A stretch of 36,289 bases of DNA, from the NCBI GenBank assembly GCA_017453725.1, contig JAFTEJ010000072.1, forward strand, positions 1 through 36,289, read 5' to 3'. The stretch comes from Clostridia bacterium. Its GTDB lineage: Bacteria; Bacillota; Clostridia; Oscillospirales; RGIG8002. Position 1 is the first letter of the stretch. Each line of letters opens with the position of its first letter. The notes under the pieces were generated by a model that saw only the letters and a list, made by a program, of their open reading frames with translations, did no database searches and was not told the DNA's origin. Shown one piece after another: positions 1 through 7,988 of the stretch. The position numbers and the translations under genes were made by a program.

Positions 1-591
1 GGTGTTCTGCGACGAACTATAAGACAGACTCGTCAGATCGAGCTTATAAATCAAATAATAACTGCTGGCGCTTTTAGCGGATATGCCCGCGGAAGCGGTT
101 ATAAAGGTCTTAAACTTGCTGCTGGCGAGAATGACGTTAGCGTTCTTCTCTCCGAGAGCCTCATAAAACGCCTGGTTACCGGCAATCTTGAAATAGAGCG
201 CCTTCTTATTCGACAGCTCGGCGTTTCCGAAAGGATTGACGTCGTCTATCAGGGTCGATATCGCTCTGATAGTAGCGGTCTTAGCGGTCGACAGATAAAT
301 ATGGTTATAATTGTCGCTCGAGTGACCGCCCTTTTCAGCGGAAGTAGTCGCGGTAAAGACTACTCTGCCGAAATCGTCCTTCGAATAGGAAACGTTAGAG
401 GCGTTATGCGCGGCGTCCAGATAGCCGTTGTTGCACATCTGGGACTGCTGCACCTGCTCAAGCGTGTACTGGTTGATGAACGGGATGTGCATCTGCACTT
501 CCGTGGCGGCGGAGACGTTGAAAACAACTACGCCGCTGAAGAGCGCCAGTACCATCGCGAAAGCAAGCAGTGAACTAAGGATTTTTTTCAT
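1..591 (-). CDS. 5' part of a secreted multidomain surface protein, paralogue of the genes at 1490-7285 and 7989-11843; runs off the left edge of the window
   Basis: Not in the ORF track because it is truncated; translated by hand: MKKILSSLLAFAMVLALFSGVVVFNVSAATEVQMHIPFINQYTLEQV...LIDDVNPFGNAELSNKKALYFKI..., in frame to position 1. SD-like AGAGGAAG upstream. First 22 aa are identical to the signal peptide of the 1490-7285 protein. Confidence 0.9.
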   Translation of the reverse strand, partial: MKKILSSLLAFAMVLALFSGVVVFNVSAATEVQMHIPFINQYTLEQVQQSQMCNNGYLDAAHNASNVSYSKDDFGRVVFTATTSAEKGGHSSDNYNHIYLSTAKTATIRAISTLIDDVNPFGNAELSNKKALYFKIAGNQAFYEALGEKNANVILASSKFKTFITASAGISAKSASSYYLIYKLDLTSLSYSSSQNT

Positions 592-856
592 TTTTGTGCT
601 TCCTCTTTTCTTGATGAATTTTTCGCGTGATCGGGTTTGATTTGACTGAACATAGGTTTCGATCGGATGCTTTTTTCGCGCCGATGGGTGGCGGCGTTCA
701 TCCGACCATTTTCGCATCACTCCTCCTTGATACTTGATTTTATATACATTTTTTCGCTGCTGAAATTGAAAACTGTGCGGCGAAATTATCGGACGGCAGC
801 GTGTTTTGCACCTTACTCCTCACAAAAACACTACCACCCCGTATATATACGCTGGT

Positions 857-886
857 ATTATAACAATTCGTACACAATTTTGTCAA
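857..886 (-). promoter_or_regulatory. sigma70/sigmaA promoter TTGACA-N18-TATAAT with extended -10 TG
   Basis: Minus strand reads TTGACA (886-881), 18 bp, TATAAT (862-857) preceded by TGT; AT-rich tract upstream; points to the CDS starting at 591. Confidence 0.8.
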
Positions 887-1029
887 GAGTTTTAGCGAAA
901 AAGAGTAAAATTTATATGCTTTTTTAACATTTTTCACTCATTGCGACGTATGTGCGGATTGTAACCAGCAACGGAACGGCGGGGATTTCCCGCTTCTATC
1001 AGGCGTACGCAAAGCCGCCCGCGCAAGCC

Positions 1030-1354
1030 GTAGGGGCGATTTTAATCGCCCGCCGGCGTGCAGCTGCTCGCGCAAGCGAGCATCATAACTGCCGCCGCAG
1101 GCGGCATCATAGTTGTAAACTCTAAACTGATTGAGTTTAGAGCTTAGAGTTATGATCGCCCTACGGGCGAGTTGTGAGTTCGCATACGGCGAACGCTGCG
1201 CCGCCTGCGGCGGCGACACCTCATCCGCCCCTTCGGGGCACCTTCCCCTCAAGGGGAAGGCTTTCCGACGCCCACTTCGACCGGGGAAGGCTTCCGACGT
1301 CAGCCTTTCCCTCCCTCAGTCGCCTGCGGCGACAGCTCCCTCGTCTGAGGGAGC
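1030..1354. repeat. Cluster of REP-like palindromic elements of several families
   Basis: GTAGGGGCGATTTTAATCGCCCG (1030-1052); TCATAACT...AACTCTAAACT/AGTTTAGAGCTTAGAGTTATGA heptamer palindrome (1083-1155); CCTCATCCG...CCTTCCCCTCAAGGGGAAGG (1211-1273, second copy 12512-12589); CTCCCTCAGTCG...CAGCTCCCTC-GAGGGAGC (1311-1354, related inverted copy 12128-12186). Confidence 0.8.
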
Positions 1355-1391
1355 TCCCCGTGCGCCCTGCTTCCCTACCCCGCGCGGTGAC

Positions 1392-1426
1392 AAAAACGCG
1401 GAGCCGTCCGAAGACGACTCCGCGTT
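1392..1426 (-). terminator. Rho-independent terminator of the 1490-7285 gene
   Basis: Minus strand AACGCGGAGTCGTC-TTCG-GACGGCTCCGCGTT-TTT, about 65 bp after the stop codon. Confidence 0.8.
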
Positions 1427-1489
1427 CAGCGGTATTATTGCGTATACCTTTGCGTTCGGCTCGCGCCTCGCGCTTTCGTGAGCGTCCCC

Positions 1490-4400
1490 TTACAGGGTGA
1501 CGTTCTCTACGATCAGCAGTCCGTCCTCGTTGACGGTGCCCGTATAGTTGGCGGGCTTGTCGCCTACGAAGAACCAGGTGCTGTAGTTCTCGCCGGCGCG
1601 GTTGATGCCGACGTAGGATGTGACGGTCACTCCGCCCGTGTACATATCAGCGATCTCTTCGCCGTTATAGGTGAAGTATACGCGCTTGAAGAGTACGAGC
1701 TTCTTGAGCGCGGAGTTATCCTTGCCGGAAGCGCGGAGCAGCGACTGATACGCGGGCGCGGTGTAGGAAATCGTCTCAACCTGCATCTCGACGCCGGGCA
1801 TAAAGTTGCCGATAACGGTCAGGCCGTTGACGTCGGAGAAGTACTTCTCGGTGTAAGCCGGAGCGTTGACGGTCAGGGCGATCTCGGCTTCGATGCCTTC
1901 ATAGAGGTCGACGAAGTCGGCGTCCGGAGTGAAGGTGACCGCGAATACGCTTTCGCTCTGAGCAATAAGCGGAACGACGTCCGGAGTTACCCAGGCCCAG
2001 GTGCCGGTCACGATGCCGGTATCGGCGTCCGTAAGGGCGGACTCGCCGATGGCCTGCGGATAGGTGATCGCGGCGGCGGTCGGCAGGACGTAGTTCTTGA
2101 TTATGCCCTTGCCGATGGTTCCGGTCGCGTCACTGTCGACCGTGTCGGAGGCGACGCCGGAAACGAGCTTCGCGTAGATCGTGGTGCCGATCTCGTCGGC
2201 GGTCAGCTCGTAGGTCTCGCCGGTGCCGAGCTTGTCGCCGTCGGCGTTGTACCACTCGATGGCGTAGTTCGTGCCGATGAGCGCCGGGATGTCCGCGACG
2301 GTGGCGGTCAGGGTCTCGGTGTATCTCTCAACGCCGCTGATCGTAACGGAAGCGTCGCCGAAGGTGGTCTTCGTCGTCTTCGCCGTTACGGTCGTGGCTT
2401 CGGAAGCGATGTGGTCGTCGGTGTCCTTGATGCGGACGGAGATCTGATACTCCGTGTCGGCTGCAAGGTCTTCGAAGACGTTGCTGTCCTGCCACTCGCC
2501 GGTGCCGAACTTATACTCGGCTTCTTCGATAGCGTCGATGGTTATGGTGCTGTCGGTAGCGGTGTAGGTCACGGTGGGAGCGGCGGGCTTATCGATGATC
2601 CTCTTGAGGACCTTCGCGGCGGCGTCGATGGCGGCCTGGTCGGCTTCGAGGTTGTAGTAAGCCTCAACACCGGCGGCGATTTCCGCGGCCCACAGGGTGG
2701 CGTCGATGGCCTTGACGGCGTCGATGTTCGCCTTGAGGGCGGTGCGGTCGGCGGCGGTGAAGCCGTCGAGGATCGCCTGGACGGCGGCGGTGGCGTCGAG
2801 GACGTCATCGCGGTCGACGGAGGTCTTCGTCGCGGCGGCGGCAGCCAGAGCTTCCGCGTATCTGTTCTCGTAGTCATAAGCCTGAACGGCGGCTATGACA
2901 GTGTCGAGAGCGGCCAGATCTTCGGGGGTGGAGGGGTAGATGCCCTTGTAGCCCTTCATATCGGAAACGGTAATGGTCGTGCCGTTGTCAACGCCGTAGG
3001 CTTCGATGATGAAGACGATGGCGTACTCGAGCTCATTCTGAGCGAATACGTTGGACCACCAGGCCTTTTCAAAGGCGCTGAACGGGATGTTGATGTAGCC
3101 GTCAGCGGCAACGTATTCAGGCTTGATGTTAAGCGCGTACATCTCTCTGTGTCCGGAGAAGGGAGCGCTCGGCGCGCAGTTGGAGAGACCGATAAGCACT
3201 CTTTCCGCCTTGCCGCCGGTCACTTCGAGCTTGAAGCGGATACCTTCGGCCTTGGAAAGTCCGGCAACGTTCAGCGCCGGATAAGCGCCGTTTTCTTCGG
3301 GCTGCAGGGTCTGGCTGCGGTCCATATTCTTCCAGCCCATCGACTTGCCGGCGAAGTCGGCGGTCGCGGTCATGGAGAAGCTGCCGTCAGCGGCAAAGGT
3401 GGTGTTGTTGGAGAAGTCGCCGGCGTTCCAGACGTTCGGTCTGTTCAGACCGTCGCCGATGGAGTCGCAGAGCTTGTTGCTGTTAGCGGTGACGGTGGCG
3501 TTGACAGCCTCGGTCGTCCAGCCTTCCATCAGGTTGCCGGTGACGGACTTGATATCGGGATACTCGAGAGCGGCGATAGCTGCGCGTGTGGCGTCGAGGT
3601 CGCCGGAGTTGACGGCGGTCTGCAGCGCAGCCCAGCTGTCAGCACTGTAGTTGGATTCCCACAGATCCGCAACGAGATCAGCGGTGGTAAGAGCTCTGTA
3701 GCCCTTGACATCGGAGATCTTTATCTCGGTGCCTTCGGCAGCGCCGTAAGCTTCAACGATAAAGACGATGACGTTCTCGAGCTCGCTCTGCGCAAACGCG
3801 TTGCACCAGAAGGCTGCCTCGAAATAGCTGAACGGGATGTTGATATAGCCGTCAGCAGCGACGTATCCGGGCTTGATCTTCATCGCGTACATCTCTCTGG
3901 TCGTGTTAGAGCAGTTGGAGAGACCGATGAGGATTCTATCGACGGGCTTGCTGGCCTCGAGCTTGAAGCGGATGCCTTCCGCCTCGGAGAGTCCGGCAAC
4001 GGTCAGCGCCGGATAAGCGCCGTTCTTATTGGGCTGCAGGGTCTGGCTGCGGTCCATATTCTTCCAGCCCATCGCCTTGCCCGTGAAGTCGGCGGTCGCT
4101 TTCATGGAGAACCAGCCGTCGCCGGCGGTGAAGGTGGTGTTATTGGAGAAGTCGCCGGCGTTCCACGCGCCGTTGATGTTGAGGCCTTCGCCGATGGAGT
4201 CACAGAGCTTGTCGCTGTTCGCGGTGACGACGGCGTTGACAGCCTCGGTCGTCCAGCCGGAGAAGAAGCTGCCGGTGGTCGCGATGGTCTCGTAAGGAAC
4301 GAGCTTAGCGATGGCGGCGTCACGCGCTTCCTTGGTCTTCGCGACAGCGAGGGCGGCTTCGTAGGCGGCCCAGCTCTCGGCGGTGTAGTTGTATTCCCAG

Positions 4401-7285
4401 ATGTTGGTGATCAGCTCGTCTTCGATGTCGAAGTCTCTGCCGGAGTAACCGTAAACGTCGGAGATCTTGACGGTCGTGAACTTGGATACGCCGTAAGCTT
4501 CAACGATGAATACGATGACGTCCTCGAGCTCGCTCTGAGCGAAGGAGGAGGTCCACCAGGCGTTCTCGAACACGCTGAAGGGGATGTTGACGTAGCCGTC
4601 AGCCGCGACGTATTCGGGCTTGACGTTGATCGCGTACTGCTCGCGGACGAACTTGGAGCAGTTGGACAGACCGATGAGCAGTCTTTCGACGGTGCCGTCC
4701 TCGACCTCGATCTTGAAGCGGATGCCGTCGGCCTTGGAGAGTCCGGCGACGTTCAGCGCCGGGAAGGCGCCGTTATCGGCGGGCTGCAGGGTCTTGCTGC
4801 GGTCCATATTCTTCCAGCCCATGGACTTGCCGGTGAAGTCGGCGAGAGCCATCATGGAGAACCAGCCGTCGCCGGCGGCGAAGGTGGTGTTGTCGGAGAA
4901 GTCGCCGGCGTTCCATACGTTGGGCTTGTTAAGGCCGTCGCCGATGGAGTCGCAGATCTTGCCGCTGTTCGCGGTGACGACGGCGTTGACGTCCTGCGTC
5001 GTCCAGCCGGAGAAGAAGCTGCCGGTCACGGGCTTCGTGTAAAGCGGGACAAGGGCGTCCTTCGCGGCGATGAGGGCTTCCTTATCGCCCGCGGCGGCCG
5101 CGGCCTTCAGAACCGCCCAGCTGTCGGAGGTGTAGTTGTACTCCCAGAGATCGCCGACGTAATCGGAAGGATCGAACGCCTTGTATCCGGTGAGGTCGGA
5201 GATCGTGAGGGTGGTGCCTTCGGTCACGCCGTAGGCTTCGACGATGAAGACCTTGACGTCCGCGATGTTCTCAGCGGTGAAGGCGTTGCCCCACCACGCC
5301 TTTTCAAACGCGGTGAAGGGTATGTTGATGTAGCCGTCGGCGCCGAAGTACGCGGGAACGAGATTGAGAGCGTACATTTCCTTCGCGCCGCCGGTGGGGC
5401 CGCAGTTGGAGAGACCGATGAGCAGACGCTCATAGGAGCCGCCCTCGCTGACGTCCAGCTTGAAGCGGATGCCCTCGCCGTTCTCGATGCCCTCAGCGTT
5501 GAGCGCGGGATAAGCGCCCGCGGAAGCGGTGTTCATCGTGTTGCGGTCGAGGTTCTTCCAGCCCATGGACTTGCCGGCGAAGTCGGCGGTCGCGGTCATG
5601 GAGAAGTTGTTTTCCGCGGCGAAGGTGGTGTTATCGGAGAAGTCGCCGGCGTTCCATACGTTGGGGGTGTTCAGACCGTCGCCGATGGAGTCGCAGACCT
5701 TTTCGGGGTTGGCGACGACAGGCACGTTGACGTTGGCGGTGGTCCAGCCCTGCATCATGTTGCCGGTGGTGACGTCGATGACAGCGGGCTGAAGGTCGGT
5801 AACGGCGGCCTCTATCGCGTCCTCGTTACGGGTCGAAACGGCGTCCTTGACGGCAGCCCAGGATTCGGGAGTGTAGTTGGCTTCCCAGAGATCGTCGGTC
5901 GGATCGTAGACGGACTTTCTGAAGAGCTGCATATCGGAGACGACGAATCTCTTCCATTCCGTGTTGCAGCCGCCGCCGACATACTGGAGGATCATATTGC
6001 CGTAAAGCTGGGTCGTATTGGCGTACTGAGAGAGGACCTGATCAGCCCAGCCGCTCTTCATATCATTGAAGTAGAAATACAGATAGCCGTCGGCGTAGTT
6101 CGGGAACATCTCGCCGGAGGCGCAGCTGTACTCGGCTATGAAGGTGGGGTACCAGGTGTTGCTGAAGGACTTCTCATTGGAACCGACGAGCTTCAGGCTG
6201 ACGGTGACTCTGCCGTGGCCGTCCCAGCTGTAGGTGACGGGGTCTCCGCCGCCGGTAGCGGTCGTGGAGATACCTATGCGGATACCGTCCCACTTCTGCA
6301 TCTCGCCTATCGCCTTGTAATCGCCGAAGACGTCGCCGTTCTGCTGCTTGGCGGCAGTGTCGGTGTTCGTCTGGGTGGACCACTGCTGGGTCCAGTTGTT
6401 CGGCTTATAGTCCTTGGTCGGGAGCAGGCCGTGAGTGGAGTTGCCCCTCATAACGCCGGCCTTGTCATAGAACTGGAGCGCGGTGCCGGTGGCGCCGGTT
6501 TCGGCGAGCGCGACGGCGTTGTTCGCGTCGAGGTTAGCCTGAGTCCAGTCGTTGAAGCCGGGCAGATCCTGATACTCATAGAGATCGGCGATGCTGCCGT
6601 TTCTGACGTAACCCTGAAGATCGGAGAAATAGACGGTCGTCGGAGCGGCGTACATCAGGAAGGATATACCGTTGATCTTGTTCAACTCGGTGGAACGAAG
6701 CTTCTCGGTATTCGTCGTGCTGGCTCTGGTGAGGCGGCCGAAATCGATGACGTTATAGCCTTCGCTGTCGAGCTCGGGCTTGCCTCTGTAGCGCCAGTAG
6801 TTGCCCCAGCCGCTGGCCTGGACGATGAATCTGTATTCACCGTAAACGCTGACGGGCTTGCCGTCGGCGTCGGTCAGCTTGAAGCGGATACCGTTCATCT
6901 CGCCGAGCGTCTTGGTTCCCTCAACGGGAGTCCAGGGGTTGACAGACAGAGTCGCGCCACTGTTGTATTTGTAAGTGACGATCGACTGAGTGTACTTCTG
7001 GTTGTTGGCGGGGTTTGTGGTAAGCTTCAGCTCGCCGGGCTTTTCGGTCAGCTCGAGTTTGCTGGAAACGGCGTTGTAAACCGCGCCGTTAGCATAGCCG
7101 ACGTTGCCGGAGAGCGTGTCGAGCTCCGCCTGAGTGGTCTGCGTGAAACCGGTCAGGTCGAAGTAGTCGTACGTTACCAATGCGTTGGGGTCTTCAATAG
7201 CGGCGGAAGTATTGAACAATACGACTCCGCTGAAGAGGGCGAGCACCATCGCAAAAGCAAGCAGTGAACTAAGGATCTTCTTCAT
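1490..7285 (-). CDS. Large secreted surface protein (~1931 aa): signal peptide, 2 divergent plus 4 near-identical CBM-like modules with FIVAR-like helical linkers, FN3/Ig-like stalk, unassigned C-terminal domain
   Basis: ORF 1490..7330; start moved to ATG 7285 (SD AGAGGAAG, then signal peptide MKKILSSLLAFAMVLALFSGVVLFNTSAA). Repeats contain GIRFKL, YINIPFxxF and ISDxxGY (CBM11/CIA30-like pattern). Linkers YTxxSWAAL. PAAPTVT...YQISVR is FN3-like. Confidence 0.9.
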   Translation of the reverse strand: MKKILSSLLAFAMVLALFSGVVLFNTSAAIEDPNALVTYDYFDLTGFTQTTQAELDTLSGNVGYANGAVYNAVSSKLELTEKPGELKLTTNPANNQKYTQSIVTYKYNSGATLSVNPWTPVEGTKTLGEMNGIRFKLTDADGKPVSVYGEYRFIVQASGWGNYWRYRGKPELDSEGYNVIDFGRLTRASTTNTEKLRSTELNKINGISFLMYAAPTTVYFSDLQGYVRNGSIADLYEYQDLPGFNDWTQANLDANNAVALAETGATGTALQFYDKAGVMRGNSTHGLLPTKDYKPNNWTQQWSTQTNTDTAAKQQNGDVFGDYKAIGEMQKWDGIRIGISTTATGGGDPVTYSWDGHGRVTVSLKLVGSNEKSFSNTWYPTFIAEYSCASGEMFPNYADGYLYFYFNDMKSGWADQVLSQYANTTQLYGNMILQYVGGGCNTEWKRFVVSDMQLFRKSVYDPTDDLWEANYTPESWAAVKDAVSTRNEDAIEAAVTDLQPAVIDVTTGNMMQGWTTANVNVPVVANPEKVCDSIGDGLNTPNVWNAGDFSDNTTFAAENNFSMTATADFAGKSMGWKNLDRNTMNTASAGAYPALNAEGIENGEGIRFKLDVSEGGSYERLLIGLSNCGPTGGAKEMYALNLVPAYFGADGYINIPFTAFEKAWWGNAFTAENIADVKVFIVEAYGVTEGTTLTISDLTGYKAFDPSDYVGDLWEYNYTSDSWAVLKAAAAAGDKEALIAAKDALVPLYTKPVTGSFFSGWTTQDVNAVVTANSGKICDSIGDGLNKPNVWNAGDFSDNTTFAAGDGWFSMMALADFTGKSMGWKNMDRSKTLQPADNGAFPALNVAGLSKADGIRFKIEVEDGTVERLLIGLSNCSKFVREQYAINVKPEYVAADGYVNIPFSVFENAWWTSSFAQSELEDVIVFIVEAYGVSKFTTVKISDVYGYSGRDFDIEDELITNIWEYNYTAESWAAYEAALAVAKTKEARDAAIAKLVPYETIATTGSFFSGWTTEAVNAVVTANSDKLCDSIGEGLNINGAWNAGDFSNNTTFTAGDGWFSMKATADFTGKAMGWKNMDRSQTLQPNKNGAYPALTVAGLSEAEGIRFKLEASKPVDRILIGLSNCSNTTREMYAMKIKPGYVAADGYINIPFSYFEAAFWCNAFAQSELENVIVFIVEAYGAAEGTEIKISDVKGYRALTTADLVADLWESNYSADSWAALQTAVNSGDLDATRAAIAALEYPDIKSVTGNLMEGWTTEAVNATVTANSNKLCDSIGDGLNRPNVWNAGDFSNNTTFAADGSFSMTATADFAGKSMGWKNMDRSQTLQPEENGAYPALNVAGLSKAEGIRFKLEVTGGKAERVLIGLSNCAPSAPFSGHREMYALNIKPEYVAADGYINIPFSAFEKAWWSNVFAQNELEYAIVFIIEAYGVDNGTTITVSDMKGYKGIYPSTPEDLAALDTVIAAVQAYDYENRYAEALAAAAATKTSVDRDDVLDATAAVQAILDGFTAADRTALKANIDAVKAIDATLWAAEIAAGVEAYYNLEADQAAIDAAAKVLKRIIDKPAAPTVTYTATDSTITIDAIEEAEYKFGTGEWQDSNVFEDLAADTEYQISVRIKDTDDHIASEATTVTAKTTKTTFGDASVTISGVERYTETLTATVADIPALIGTNYAIEWYNADGDKLGTGETYELTADEIGTTIYAKLVSGVASDTVDSDATGTIGKGIIKNYVLPTAAAITYPQAIGESALTDADTGIVTGTWAWVTPDVVPLIAQSESVFAVTFTPDADFVDLYEGIEAEIALTVNAPAYTEKYFSDVNGLTVIGNFMPGVEMQVETISYTAPAYQSLLRASGKDNSALKKLVLFKRVYFTYNGEEIADMYTGGVTVTSYVGINRAGENYSTWFFVGDKPANYTGTVNEDGLLIVENVTL
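2945..5900 (-). repeat. Four tandem intragenic repeats of 735-750 bp (245-250 aa); a fifth copy lies at about 10000-10740 in the next gene
   Basis: The Trp codon of GWTT recurs at 5744, 5003, 4253 and 3518 (spacings 741, 750, 735) and at 10557. Shared blocks CDSIGDGLNxxNVWNAGDF, GKSMGWKNMDRS, IGLSNC, DGYINIPF, IVEAYG. Confidence 0.95.
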
Positions 7286-7530
7286 AATTGCTTCCTCTTT
7301 TCTTTCATAAAATTTCGCGAGTTTGATCACGATTAAAGACTGAATAATTGACGGATCCCCGTCGGGTGTGACGGCTCCACCGTCAGCCGTGCTTCATTCA
7401 CTGTCCTCCTTACCGTAATGGGACCGAGCGCTTCGCCCGGTCAAGAAAACGGCAAAACGCCGCGCTTTGAGCCGGATCGAAACCGCGTTTGGGTATAGTA
7501 ACACACATTTTCAGTCTACTATATACTCGT

Positions 7531-7559
7531 ATATTATCACATTGTTTTCGTTTTGGCAA
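7531..7559 (-). promoter_or_regulatory. Probable sigmaA promoter TTGCCA-N17-TAATAT
   Basis: Minus strand TTGCCA AAACGAAAACAATGTGA TAATAT, AT-rich upstream, at a distance from the start codon similar to the promoter at 857-886. Confidence 0.6.
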
Positions 7560-7682
7560 TACTTTTTAAAGAAAAATGCAAATTTTTTTCTTTGATTTTT
7601 CACAGAAACTATTTATCGGGATTCGCGGATTATCGGGATTCGCGGAAATCAACCGGCGTAACGCCTGAGCCCGGAGAACCGA

Positions 7683-7899
7683 CAGGCGATTGATAACCGC
7701 CCCTACCCGCAACGCGAAGCGCGTCTGTCATTCCGAGGAGCCGCGAACGCGCCGACGAGGACTCCCCTTCCCTATACAGAATACAGACTTCCTGCGTATG
7801 ACGGGGGATCCTTCGGCGGCAAGCCGCCTCGGGATGACAGAAACACACGCCCGCTGTCAGGCGGATTTCGCTTCGAACGCAAAGGCGTTCGAAGCGAAA
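7683..7899. repeat. REP/REPIN-like palindrome cluster
   Basis: GTAG-type REP on the minus strand (7683-7706); TGTCATTCCGAGG...(7726-7767) inverted against ...CCTCGGGATGACA (7803-7839); 29 bp identical to the copy starting at 12059; perfect hairpin TTTCGCTTCGAACGC-AAAG-GCGTTCGAAGCGAAA (7866-7899). Confidence 0.8.
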
Positions 7900-7929
7900 A
7901 AAGGCGGGGCGTCCGAACCGGACGCCCCG
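7897..7929 (-). terminator. Rho-independent terminator of the 7989-11843 gene
   Basis: Minus strand CGGGGCGTCC-GGTTC-GGACGCCCCG-CCTTTTTT. Confidence 0.8.
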
Positions 7930-7988
7930 AAAGGAGAAATTAGCTGCCTCCCCGCAAACGCATCTAAGCAGGGAAGTGAATTATTCAA

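Noticed and set aside
975-1030. c-di-GMP-I riboswitch suggested by ACGCAAAGC
   Set aside because: The rest of the GEMM architecture is missing, and it is on the wrong strand and upstream of the promoter of the adjacent gene.
938-1500. Short ORFs such as ...PLRGTFPSRGRL... and ...SLSRLRRQLPRL...
   Set aside because: They are translations of the palindromic repeats; the same peptide fragment (FPSRGRL) recurs at the other repeat copy.
2945-5900. Repeats as cohesins, or as template/variable repeats of a diversity-generating retroelement
   Set aside because: The modules (~190 aa plus helical linker, Trp-rich) do not resemble ~140-aa cohesins; all copies are in-frame coding, differ by indels, and no reverse transcriptase is in the window.
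1478-7267. 1929-aa plus-strand ORF as a real gene
   Set aside because: Codon-aligned shadow of the minus-strand gene; V/G/D-rich composition, no motifs or SD; the minus strand has the signal peptide, promoter and terminator.
7286-7330. ORF-track start at 7330, and likewise 23420 and 30558
   Set aside because: Downstream starts at 7285, 23336 and 30513 have SD-like sequences and give a proper signal peptide or avoid overlap with the upstream gene.
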